DNA from: Candidatus Uhrbacteria bacterium
Lineage (GTDB): Bacteria > Patescibacteriota > Patescibacteriia > UBA9934
Assembly (NCBI GenBank): GCA_963822405.1
Contig: CAWGHH010000004.1
Coordinates: 6,226-70,225, forward strand
DNA: 64,000 nt
Direction: 5' to 3'
Made by a program: the position numbers and the translations under genes. Under the pieces are notes generated by a model that searched no databases, had not been told where the DNA came from, and worked only from the letters and a program-made list of their open reading frames with translations. Below, piece by piece: positions 19,936 to 29,188 of the stretch (within the stretch, counting starts at the first letter, position 1; each line of letters starts with the position of its first letter).

Positions 19936-21315
19936 TTACTTAATCTCAGTTTTAGCGAGTGCCTTAACCTTTAGTTCCTGTAGTCTTTTTGCCACTATAC
20001 CCACCACCTTTTCTACATCTACAATTTCCTGCGCACCTGATTCCATATCACGGATGATGATAGTACCGTCAAGAACTTCTTTCTGGCCTAGAATAACCGC
20101 AATCGGCGACTTAAGTTTATCAGCAATTTCCAGCTGAGCCTTAAGATTCGATTTTGAAAATGCCTCCGCCACATCAACGCCAGCCTCGCGGAACTTCTCG
20201 AAAGTTTTCAACCCTTTTCTACGAGCAGCTTCTCCAAGCTGACAGAAAAATACATCCGAACGACGTCTTGGATCAGGAAGCTTGCCCGCCGCCCGAGCGG
20301 CAATGAGCACGCGTTCAAGTCCAATAGCAGCACCCACAGCACTAGTTCCTTCGCGGCCACCAAATAGTGGAATCAAACCGTCATAACGTCCGCCCCCACC
20401 AAGTGAACTCTGTGCGCCCTCATCAGCTGGAGGATTAGTTAGAACTACTTCAAACACCGTCTTAGTGTAGTAATCAAGACCTCTAACAAGGTGCGGGTTA
20501 AGGGTGTACTGCACCTCAGCTTCATCTAAATATTCAAGTACCTTCATGAAGTGCTGCTTTGATTCATCATCAAGATAATCAATAATCTGTGGCGCTTCGT
20601 TTTTCAGTTCCTCCATGCCTGGCTCTTTAGAGTCAAGAAGACGTAGAGGGTTCTTTGTTAGACGCTTCTGATCAGTTTCCGACAACTTCTTTTTGTTCGC
20701 TTTGAAAAACTTAACCAGTTCCGCCACATAAGCACGACGAGAAGTAGGCGTTCCAAGTGAGTTCACCTGGATAGTGACATCAAGTCCCATGTCTCTACAG
20801 AAACGCTCACACATGAGCATAATCTGGGCATCAAGCACTGGATCATCAGAGCCTATAGCCTCCATGCCAAACTGCCAGAATTGGCGGTAACGACCAGCTT
20901 GTGGACGTTCATGTCGGAAAAATTGTTCGCTGTACCATAACTTCACTGGTTGTGGCTGGTTCAACATGCCGTGCTCAATATATGCCCGGGCAATCGCTGC
21001 CGTGCCCTCTGGACGCATAGTCATGCGCACTCCCCCTTGATCCGTAAAAGTAAACATCTCTTTCTCAACTACATCTGTATCCTTACCAACTCCGCGCTCA
21101 AAAAGCGCCGTCTGCTCAAGCACTGGCAAACGAATACGCCCAAAGCTATATGCTCGAGACAAAGACTTCATTACGTCATCCATCTTATCCCAAGCGGCTT
21201 GTTCGTCTGGAAGAATGTCACGAAAACCACGAGGTGTTTCCGGTACCTTTGATTTTTTTGCTGGAGCCTTCTCAATAATCGTGGCTGGGGCTGGTTTCAA
21301 GGGCATAGTGATCAC
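19936..21315 (-). CDS. hisS: Histidine--tRNA ligase
   Basis: 459 aa. PRGFRD and RPEGTA class-II HisRS motifs, plus C-terminal anticodon-binding domain. Confidence 0.93.
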   Translation of the reverse strand: MITMPLKPAPATIIEKAPAKKSKVPETPRGFRDILPDEQAAWDKMDDVMKSLSRAYSFGRIRLPVLEQTALFERGVGKDTDVVEKEMFTFTDQGGVRMTMRPEGTAAIARAYIEHGMLNQPQPVKLWYSEQFFRHERPQAGRYRQFWQFGMEAIGSDDPVLDAQIMLMCERFCRDMGLDVTIQVNSLGTPTSRRAYVAELVKFFKANKKKLSETDQKRLTKNPLRLLDSKEPGMEELKNEAPQIIDYLDDESKQHFMKVLEYLDEAEVQYTLNPHLVRGLDYYTKTVFEVVLTNPPADEGAQSSLGGGGRYDGLIPLFGGREGTSAVGAAIGLERVLIAARAAGKLPDPRRRSDVFFCQLGEAARRKGLKTFEKFREAGVDVAEAFSKSNLKAQLEIADKLKSPIAVILGQKEVLDGTIIIRDMESGAQEIVDVEKVVGIVAKRLQELKVKALAKTEIK

Positions 21316-21342
21316 GTGCAGGATTGAACTTAATTATTCTAT

Positions 21343-21957
21343 TTAATACTGATAAACCGGGGTCATAAACGTCCCCGCTTTCTCAAGTGGGAGACCACGA
21401 ATCCACACTCGACCGATGATGTTCGCCTTTGGTACATAACCAAACGATCTAGAGTCAAGACTAGCGTTGCGGTTATCTCCCATGACGTAGTATTGGTCAG
21501 GACCAAGTGTCACACTATCACTACCAGTAGTGGTTTCCGTCAAGTATTCTTCAGGAAGAACTATGCCGGAAGGATACTGATCGTTGTAAATAGTGACCCG
21601 TCCGTTCTTAACCTCAACCCGCTCCTTTGGCAATCCAATGATTCTCTTGATATAAAACTGCCCCTCATTTTTTGGTGGATGGAAAACAATGATTTCTCCA
21701 CGCTCAGGCTCTCTAACGCGATAAGTAACCTCATCAACGATCAAATATTCATTGTCATGAAAGTTAGGCTCCATTGATGCGCCCTTAACAATGAAGGGCA
21801 AGATAAGAAAGTGCCGAGTGATCAAAATAATGACCAGGGCTAAAATTGCAATTTGCGCAATCTCTAAGAAAAAATTTCCAATCGCGCCAAAGGTCGGCCC
21901 AAACATTCGCTCAAGTACACTTGGTCCAACCACCTCACTTTTTCGGCTGAACAGCAT
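21343..21957 (-). CDS. lepB: Signal peptidase I
   Basis: 204 aa. TM followed by GASMEPNF (Ser box), RIIGLPKERVE (Lys box) and GDNRNASLDSR. Confidence 0.93.
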   Translation of the reverse strand: MLFSRKSEVVGPSVLERMFGPTFGAIGNFFLEIAQIAILALVIILITRHFLILPFIVKGASMEPNFHDNEYLIVDEVTYRVREPERGEIIVFHPPKNEGQFYIKRIIGLPKERVEVKNGRVTIYNDQYPSGIVLPEEYLTETTTGSDSVTLGPDQYYVMGDNRNASLDSRSFGYVPKANIIGRVWIRGLPLEKAGTFMTPVYQY

Positions 21958-22040
21958 AGTAGATAAATAATAGCATAAACAACCCTCTAACCAGCCGAGC
22001 TAAACATCCGTGTGACGGAGTTTATCGTATTTTTTGCCCA

Positions 22041-23594
22041 GTGTCGAGTGTCTTGCGGACCAGTCATTTTATCGCTATACTCGCCCTTGATATGGATCAC
22101 CGCCCCATGGATCTTCTCCACCCTTCAGACGAGTTAACAACCCCGTCGGGAGTAGAACAGACCACTACCTCAAAACAACGTCGCTCTTTTTCTGCACTTA
22201 ACCTGATATTTTTTGGAGCATGCATTCTGGGAGTAGGAGGTTTTCTCCTTTTTGCGGGTATCACAAAGAGCACAGGCTATGAAGATGGCGCGCCGTTGTC
22301 ATTATTTAGTACGCTGGCTCGCCTGGTTGGTTCAGGCGAGAAATCACTTTCCGGAGAAACTGAAGATAGAATCAATATACTGTTATTAGGTATAGGCGGA
22401 ACCGGACATGACGGACCAGAGCTCACAGATACCATGATTTTTGGCAGTTTTCGCCCAAGCACTAAAGAACTTGGCCTAATCTCTATTCCGCGTGACCTAA
22501 CGGTCTTTGTCCCTGGTGAGGGCTACAGAAAAATTAACGCTGTAAACGCCCTAGCGGAACAGGCAAAGCCAAGTAGCGGACGAGACGCCTCGGCTAAAGC
22601 CGTCAGCGAAATTCTGGGTCAATCAGTGCCCTTCACTATCAAAGCTGATTTCCAAGGCTTCGCGGATGTTATTGACGCACTCGGAGGCGTAGATGTTTAC
22701 GTAGAAAGAAGTTTCACTGATTCCACATACCCGCTTGATGACGGCCTTGGGGGCATCAAAACTATTACCTTCACCAAAGGCTGGGCGCATATGGACAGTG
22801 TCATGGCACTTGAGTATTCAAGGTCTCGCCATGGCGGCAGTGGAGAAGGTACAGATTTTGCCCGTGCCGCTCGTCAACAAAAAATTCTACTAGCGCTAAA
22901 AGACAAAGCGCTGAGCATGGATGTGATTCTGAACCCGACAAAACTTTCACGGATCATGGGCATCATTCAAAAAAATGTCCAAACTAACATGACGGCGTTT
23001 GAAATGTTAAAGTTTGCTAAATACATTCCAGATATTTCAACTGATAGAATCGCTCTGCATGTCCTTGATGCCACTGGCGGTCTGTTATATGAAACTTACA
23101 TAAATAGCGCCTACGTCCTTCTGCCTTATGAGGAAGACTGGAGTGATTTGAAAACGCTAGCTACCAACGTCTACTCCCGTGATATCCCTGGAGCAAAAAC
23201 TCCACTACCAACTCCCAGCAACACAATCGAAAACGCTCTCACAATTGAAATTCAAAATGGGACGCTGACTTCCGGACTCGCCGGAGACACAGCTCAACTG
23301 CTGCAGTCGTCAGGATTCACAGTGTCACTCGTAACCAACGCCGAAAACCGCAACACTCCAAAAACAACCATTTACGACTTTACTGACGGAAAGAAGGGGG
23401 TAGAACTTTCGGCGCTCAAATCGTATTTAAAGGCCTCTGTTGTCATGACAAAGATCGGCTCCATGAAGACACACGAGGTGATTCCTGACGTCGTCCTTGA
23501 GAAACAAACTCTTGAGGCTATGAAAAAAAGCACTGGATTAATTGACTTTTTAGTGGTCTTAGGGCAGGATTCGACGTCACTCTCTTTTAGATAA
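22041..23594 (+). CDS. LytR-CpsA-Psr (LCP) family cell-envelope phosphotransferase
   Basis: 517 aa. TM, LCP core (ILLLGIGGTGHDG...TDTMIFGSF...LISIPRDL...INAVNA) and a C-terminal LytR_C-like domain. Confidence 0.85.
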   Translation: MSSVLRTSHFIAILALDMDHRPMDLLHPSDELTTPSGVEQTTTSKQRRSFSALNLIFFGACILGVGGFLLFAGITKSTGYEDGAPLSLFSTLARLVGSGEKSLSGETEDRINILLLGIGGTGHDGPELTDTMIFGSFRPSTKELGLISIPRDLTVFVPGEGYRKINAVNALAEQAKPSSGRDASAKAVSEILGQSVPFTIKADFQGFADVIDALGGVDVYVERSFTDSTYPLDDGLGGIKTITFTKGWAHMDSVMALEYSRSRHGGSGEGTDFARAARQQKILLALKDKALSMDVILNPTKLSRIMGIIQKNVQTNMTAFEMLKFAKYIPDISTDRIALHVLDATGGLLYETYINSAYVLLPYEEDWSDLKTLATNVYSRDIPGAKTPLPTPSNTIENALTIEIQNGTLTSGLAGDTAQLLQSSGFTVSLVTNAENRNTPKTTIYDFTDGKKGVELSALKSYLKASVVMTKIGSMKTHEVIPDVVLEKQTLEAMKKSTGLIDFLVVLGQDSTSLSFR

Positions 23595-23602
23595 CCGCCA
23601 TT

Positions 23603-24982
23603 ATGGTGAAAGCTCCAAAAGTCGCCCTGATTGGACGAACAAACGTAGGTAAGTCCTCCCTCTTCAACAAACTAGTAGAGGAGGAAAAATCACTCGTTTC
23701 AGATGTCGCGGGTACAACCCGAGATCGTTTTGAAGCTCCCTGCCTCTGGCGTGGACATGTGATTACGGTTGTTGATACTGGCGGACTAGACGTCAATAAA
23801 GCAGACGAAATAGAAAAGAACGTGATTGATCAGACCAAGAAGGCCATGGAGCAGGCTGATGTTATTTTATTGGTGGTTGATCTCACTATTGGCTGTACCG
23901 CCGAAGACCTAATCATTTCCAAGGAACTTGTCTCCGGAAAAACACCCGTCATTGTAGTTGGCAACAAAGCTGACTCGGCCGCTATCAGAGCCAAACCAGA
24001 TTCTGAAGAATGGGCCAACTGGCCACTCAAAAAGCCAATGGCTATCTCAGCCAAACAAGGAACCGGCGTCGGAGACTTGCTAGATGAAATTTATGCCGCG
24101 CTAGAAACAGCCGGCAAGACACCGGTTGAGATTACTGACGTTCTGCCAATGCGCGTAGCAGTTTTGGGCGAGCCGAACGTTGGCAAGTCAACACTTTTGA
24201 ACGCAGTCTTGGGCGAGGAACGTTTCATTACCGCTAACCTTCCCCATACCACCCGTGAACCAAACGATGCAACCATTGAACATGAAGGTCGTACTTACGT
24301 CTTTATTGATACAGCTGGCATTCGCAAGCATGCAGCCATGGTTCGTTCTGGAACAAAGCTAGAAGTTCAAGGTGTAGAAAAAACTATAGATCTTTTGCGC
24401 CGAACAGACGTTGCACTTTTCGTCATTGACGTGACGCGCGGTATCACTGGCCAGGATAAGCATCTAGCTGGCGTGTTAGCCGAGTCTGGCGTGTCTACAA
24501 TTATTGTAGTCAACAAGTGGGATCTAATTGAAAATAAAACTACCAGCTCGACAAACGATTTTGAGGCTCAAGTTCGTGGCTGGCTCCCTCAACTCAAGTA
24601 CGCTCCTATTCTCTTTACCTCCGCGCTTACCGGCCAGAGAGCCATGAAGGTCTTCCCGATGATTGATAGCGTGTTCCAAAGCCGATTTACCGAACTTTCA
24701 GACGAAGAGTCTCGTCAATTCATTTCCCGCGCCATCTCCCGCCATAAGCCAGTTAAGGGCAAGGGCGTGAAACATCCAAAGATTGAAAAGTTCGTTCAGG
24801 TTGGCGTGAACCCACCACGTTTTGTCCTTTCCGTAAACCTTTCAAGAAAGGACTCACTAGCTGACTCCTACGTTCGCTTCCTTGAAAACGTCATGCGTGA
24901 ACACTACGATTTTACCGGTACCCCAATCAGAATCAGAATCGACGCCGCTCGCAAGTCACACACTACCTACGATCCAAATTAG
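23603..24982 (+). CDS. der: Ribosome biogenesis GTPase Der (EngA), tandem G domains + KH-like domain
   Basis: Two P-loops (GRTNVGKSS; GEPNVGKST) and DTGG/DTAG motifs. 459 aa. Confidence 0.95.
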   Translation: MVKAPKVALIGRTNVGKSSLFNKLVEEEKSLVSDVAGTTRDRFEAPCLWRGHVITVVDTGGLDVNKADEIEKNVIDQTKKAMEQADVILLVVDLTIGCTAEDLIISKELVSGKTPVIVVGNKADSAAIRAKPDSEEWANWPLKKPMAISAKQGTGVGDLLDEIYAALETAGKTPVEITDVLPMRVAVLGEPNVGKSTLLNAVLGEERFITANLPHTTREPNDATIEHEGRTYVFIDTAGIRKHAAMVRSGTKLEVQGVEKTIDLLRRTDVALFVIDVTRGITGQDKHLAGVLAESGVSTIIVVNKWDLIENKTTSSTNDFEAQVRGWLPQLKYAPILFTSALTGQRAMKVFPMIDSVFQSRFTELSDEESRQFISRAISRHKPVKGKGVKHPKIEKFVQVGVNPPRFVLSVNLSRKDSLADSYVRFLENVMREHYDFTGTPIRIRIDAARKSHTTYDPN

Positions 24983-24993
24983 GTTGTAGAATA

Positions 24994-25563
24994 GTGGAAG
25001 GTATGACCTTCATCATTCTTGGCCTTGGTAATCCTGGTGAGGAATACGAGAGAACTCGGCATAACGCCGGGTTTCTTGTTGTTAATGAATTAGCAAAAAA
25101 ACTAAACGTCTCTTTTAAGGACGTAGATTCTTTTCAAGCCGAAGTTGCTGACGGACGGATTGGAGATCACAAAGTCATCATTGCAAAACCATGGACGTTC
25201 ATGAATGCTTCTGGTCGAGCCGTCAGTGCCCTGGCTAATTTCTACAAAGTGCCCCCAAATCACATCATCATCGTCGCTGACGATGTCTCTCTTCCACTTG
25301 GAACGCTCAGAGTACGCACCGAAGGATCAGCTGGCGGACATAACGGATTGAAATCGATCATCGAACATCTAAAAACAGAATCATTCCCCCGCGTAAAAAT
25401 CGGCGTAGATCCTCAACCAGCCAACGTCCCTCTGGAGGCCTGGGTGCTCTCAAGGCTCTCCAAAGATGAACTCAAACTCTTGTCACCCGTCATTGATCAG
25501 GCGGTTAACGAGCTCATAGACGCAGTCCAGGAAGGAGTCTCGCCCACTACCGCCAAACTATGA
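24994..25563 (+). CDS. pth: Peptidyl-tRNA hydrolase
   Basis: 189 aa. FIILGLGNPGEEYERTRHNAGF signature. Confidence 0.95.
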   Translation: MEGMTFIILGLGNPGEEYERTRHNAGFLVVNELAKKLNVSFKDVDSFQAEVADGRIGDHKVIIAKPWTFMNASGRAVSALANFYKVPPNHIIIVADDVSLPLGTLRVRTEGSAGGHNGLKSIIEHLKTESFPRVKIGVDPQPANVPLEAWVLSRLSKDELKLLSPVIDQAVNELIDAVQEGVSPTTAKL

Positions 25564-26658
25564 CAGACCCGTTTCTTGTTGCCCTCGCAAACTGTCCTGT
25601 TTTTGGATCTAGATCGCTCGAAAAACTGATGACACGATTTTCTACCGCTGAAGCCGCCTGGGTATCGAGCCCAGACGAACTCATGACGCTCGGACTTGGG
25701 GAACAAAGAGCAAACGCATTCATCGCGTATCGCAAAACAACGAATCCACTATCCCTCACTGAATTGCTCAGAACAACCGGCGTACGAATGATCACCAAAG
25801 ATGATTCTGAATATCCGCCACTCCTCAAAACAATCTTTGATCCGCCATTTGTATTATTTCTAAAAGGAGCGCCACTTAAAGAATTGTGCGTTTCTATTGT
25901 TGGTTCTCGTCGGAATACTGAATACGGCAAAAAAGTCGCCACTCGATTCGCCAAAGAACTAGCCCAAAGAAACATAAGCATCATTTCCGGCCTAGCAGAA
26001 GGAATAGATACCGCCGCATATAAAGGAGCAATCGAAGGAAAAGGACATACTGTAGCCGTGCTTGGCGGAGGATTATTAAAACGCAATAGCCGTGATAAAG
26101 AATTAGCAGCCCAAGAAGTACTCGCCAATAACGGCACCGTTATTTCAGAGTTCCCTCTACGAGGATCGTTTATAAGTTTTCATTTTCCGATGCGCAATAG
26201 AATAATTGCAGGCATGAGTAAAATTACACTAATTGTCGAAGCGGCCCTGCCATCCGGCACGTTAACCACAGCCAAGGCAGCGGCTGAAGCAGGTCGGGAT
26301 GTATTCGCTGTACCCGGTCCAATAGATTCATTTACCTCTACAGGAACAAACAATCTTATAAAAGAAGGCGCTTTTGTTGCAACTAGCCCAGAAGACATAT
26401 TTCTTGCTCTCGAAATGAGTTCGCCGTCCCCAAGGCCAGCGACTATTCAAAATCAAATTTCTTTACCAAAAATTCTTCCCACTCTAGAACCCATTTCTGC
26501 AAAACTCTACGAGCATCTCCAAACAGGCACCTCTCTTTGCGGATGAACTTACTCTAAAGACCGGACTGTCTTCACCAGAAGTTTCACGGGCACTACTCGA
26601 ACTAGAACTCATGAGTCTCGTGAAGCACTTGGGAGGAACTAGGTACGAGTGTACCTGA
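25560..26658 (+). CDS. dprA: DNA processing protein DprA (Smf); the C-terminal winged-helix domain is encoded in the +1 frame after an apparent frameshift near 26535-26545
   Basis: Rossmann core VSIVGSRRNTEYG...LAEGIDTAAYKGA in the ORF ending 26546. The next frame continues ...DELTLKTGLSSPEVSRALLELELMSLVKHLGGTRYECT* (a DprA_WH-like C-terminus), ending with TGA at 26656-26658. Confidence 0.8.
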
Positions 26659-26660
26659 GC

Positions 26661-26737
26661 GGAATGAAGAGATATGTCCCATAAAATTTGAGTCGGATTA
26701 CCTCCTAAAAATTTTATGGGACATATCTCTTCATTCC
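26661..26737. repeat. Conserved-loop hairpin element, copy 2a (loop GAGTCGGATTACCTCCTAA on plus, the complement of the other copies)
   Basis: Arms ggaatgaagagatatgtcccataaaattt and aaattttatgggacatatctcttcattcc are perfect reverse complements around a 19-nt loop. Confidence 0.9.
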
Positions 26738-26739
26738 TA

Positions 26740-26818
26740 GGGCGAATCGTAAATGTCCTCCAGAAATTTTTAGGAGGTAATCCGACTCAAATTTCCGGAG
26801 GATATTTACGATTCGCCC
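26740..26818. repeat. Conserved-loop hairpin element, copy 2b (loop TTAGGAGGTAATCCGACTC), adjacent to 2a in the inverse core orientation
   Basis: Arms gggcgaatcgtaaatgtcctccagaaattt and aaatttccggaggatatttacgattcgccc, with two G-U-type mismatches. Confidence 0.9.
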
Positions 26819-26900
26819 GACCAAATTTTAGGGAAATACTTTCATTGTTGAAGAGACTCCTTGACGATGATGTATCATTCGAGCTATCAATTTCGCAAAT

Positions 26901-29177
26901 ATGCCCCCACTTCTAATTGTAGAGTCCCCCACCAAAGCCAAAACAATTAACAAATTTCTTGGCTCAAGTTACACAGTTATTTCGTCATACGGCCACATTA
27001 GAGATCTTCCAAAAAACAAAATGGGCGTAGATACCAAACACAACTTTGCCCCGACATACATCATCCCAGATGACAAAAAGGATAAAGTGAAGGCCCTTCA
27101 AACGGCTGCAAAAAAAGCTTCAGAAGTCTATCTCGCAACCGACGAAGACCGCGAAGGAGAAGCCATTGCCTGGCACATTGCTGAAGTGCTGGACCTAGAT
27201 GAAAAAACCGCCAAACGCATTACCTTCCACGAGATCACTAAGAGCGCTATAGAGAACGCCCTTAAGAACGCTCGAACGCTAGACATGCACCTGGTAGACG
27301 CCCAACAGGCACGTCGTATTCTTGATCGCCTGGTAGGTTTTGAGTTGTCACCGCTACTCTGGAAAAAAGTCCGAAGAGGACTTTCGGCTGGACGTGTACA
27401 ATCAGTGGCTGTTCGTATTGTAGTAGAGCGTGAACGTGAACGCCTCGCCTTCAACCAAGAAGAGTACTGGTCTATTGAAGGTGTATTTGAAAAATCTGGA
27501 ACTGAATTCCCAGCTAAACTTCAGGCCATCGGCGATAAAAAAATAGACAAGCTAGACATCAAAAATACTAAAGAAGCGCAAGCAATAGTTGAGGCTGTTA
27601 AAGACGCAAAATTTTCAGTCATCTCTGTTGAAGAAAAAGAAGCGAGCAAGAAACCGCCAACCCCACTCACTACTTCCACCCTTCAACAAGAAGCGCATAA
27701 CCGCCTAGGAATGAGCGCGAAGCAAACCATGACGCTAGCACAAAAGCTATACGAAACCGGTTTCATCACTTACATGCGTACTGACTCATTAAACATGAGC
27801 ACGCAATTTCTAGATGCCGCCCAAACATACATCAAAACTACTTTTGGAACTGAATACGCCAAGGGTTCAGTGGCTTACCACACCTCAAAAAAAGGAGCAC
27901 AGGAAGCGCACGAAGCAATTCGCCCGACCAACCCAGACGCATCTCCGGATGATGCTCGCGCCTCGCTTGATCCTGGCATGGCCAAACTATATGACCTCAT
28001 CTGGCGTCGTACCATGGCCTCTCAGATGCCCTCAGCCAAGATGCAGCGAACCGCTATTGATCTCTTGGGTAATGACCACACTTTCCGAGCCACTGGCTCA
28101 ACAGTTGTCTTTGATGGCTACATGAAAGTCTGGCAAGCCTCTGAAGACAAGCTCTTACCCGCCATGACTAAGGGCGATGACCTTGGACCAGCCAAGGAGA
28201 TTAAACCAGAACAGCATTTCACAGAACCTCCTGCTCGCTATTCTGACGCTACGCTAGTCAAAGCACTTGAAGAACATGGCGTCGGTCGTCCATCTACTTA
28301 CGCTCCAACACTGTCGACCATCGAAGCGCGTGAATACGTCCTACGAGATGATAATAAGAAACTATATCCATCAGACATTGCCATGATCGTCACGGATCTT
28401 TTGGTCGAGCATTTTCCACAGATTGTTGACCTAGAATTTACTGCAAAAATGGAAAAGCAGTTCGACGCCATTGCTGACGGCGAAGAATCATGGACCCAAG
28501 CTATAGATGATTTCTACGAGCCGTTCCATAAACTGATTGAAGAGAAAACTGAAGATTTATCACGTTCCGATATCATGAAGGAACGCTCACTCGGCGTAGA
28601 CCCGGTAACTGGTCTTGAAGTCATCGCCAGAAACGGCCGGTTCGGTCCGTTTGTGCAGCTTGGACCAATCACAGACGAGATTAAGCCTAAGCGCGCGTCC
28701 CTTGAAAAGCATCAAGCGCTAGAAACTATCACGCTCACGGACGCCATGAAGCTATTCATTCTGCCTCGTGAGCTAGGCGCCCATCCAAATGGTTACGCGA
28801 TCATTGCCAACACCGGACGCTTCGGTCCGTACCTTAAGTGCGGCGATATGAATATCTCGCTCCCGGAAGGCACAGACCCAAAGACGATCACCCTTGAACA
28901 AGCCATTGAGTTCTGCACAAGCGGTGTTGAAAAGAAGATCAAGATGAACACGCCTATTGCGGAGCTCGGCGAAGATCCGGAAACAAAAGCTAAGATTCTC
29001 GTGAAGGACGGTCGATTCGGCCCGTATGTCACAGACGGCAAAACAAACGCCACCATTAAAAAAGACATCGATCCTAAATCGATTACTCGAGAAATGGCGA
29101 TCGAAATGCTCGAAAAGAAACGCAAGGCACCGAAACGAAAATTCACGCGCAAACCAAAAGAAACAACCGAGGCTTAA
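26901..29177 (+). CDS. topA: DNA topoisomerase I
   Basis: 758 aa. TOPRIM (LLIVESPTKAKTI...GHIRDL), catalytic Tyr region, and three C-terminal GRFGPF/Y repeats. Confidence 0.96.
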   Translation: MPPLLIVESPTKAKTINKFLGSSYTVISSYGHIRDLPKNKMGVDTKHNFAPTYIIPDDKKDKVKALQTAAKKASEVYLATDEDREGEAIAWHIAEVLDLDEKTAKRITFHEITKSAIENALKNARTLDMHLVDAQQARRILDRLVGFELSPLLWKKVRRGLSAGRVQSVAVRIVVERERERLAFNQEEYWSIEGVFEKSGTEFPAKLQAIGDKKIDKLDIKNTKEAQAIVEAVKDAKFSVISVEEKEASKKPPTPLTTSTLQQEAHNRLGMSAKQTMTLAQKLYETGFITYMRTDSLNMSTQFLDAAQTYIKTTFGTEYAKGSVAYHTSKKGAQEAHEAIRPTNPDASPDDARASLDPGMAKLYDLIWRRTMASQMPSAKMQRTAIDLLGNDHTFRATGSTVVFDGYMKVWQASEDKLLPAMTKGDDLGPAKEIKPEQHFTEPPARYSDATLVKALEEHGVGRPSTYAPTLSTIEAREYVLRDDNKKLYPSDIAMIVTDLLVEHFPQIVDLEFTAKMEKQFDAIADGEESWTQAIDDFYEPFHKLIEEKTEDLSRSDIMKERSLGVDPVTGLEVIARNGRFGPFVQLGPITDEIKPKRASLEKHQALETITLTDAMKLFILPRELGAHPNGYAIIANTGRFGPYLKCGDMNISLPEGTDPKTITLEQAIEFCTSGVEKKIKMNTPIAELGEDPETKAKILVKDGRFGPYVTDGKTNATIKKDIDPKSITREMAIEMLEKKRKAPKRKFTRKPKETTEA

Positions 29178-29188
29178 TGCCTCGGTTC
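29164..29188. terminator. Bidirectional hairpin terminator spanning the convergent stop codons of topA and the 901-aa ORF
   Basis: aaccgaggc-ttaat-gcctcggtt, a 9-bp stem centred on the overlapping stops. Confidence 0.55.

Noticed and set aside
26716-26916. 66-aa ORF starting inside hairpin copy 2a and spanning copy 2b
   Set aside because: It is composed largely of the two hairpin elements, has no RBS and ends inside the topA start region. Its coding appearance is an artefact of the repeats.
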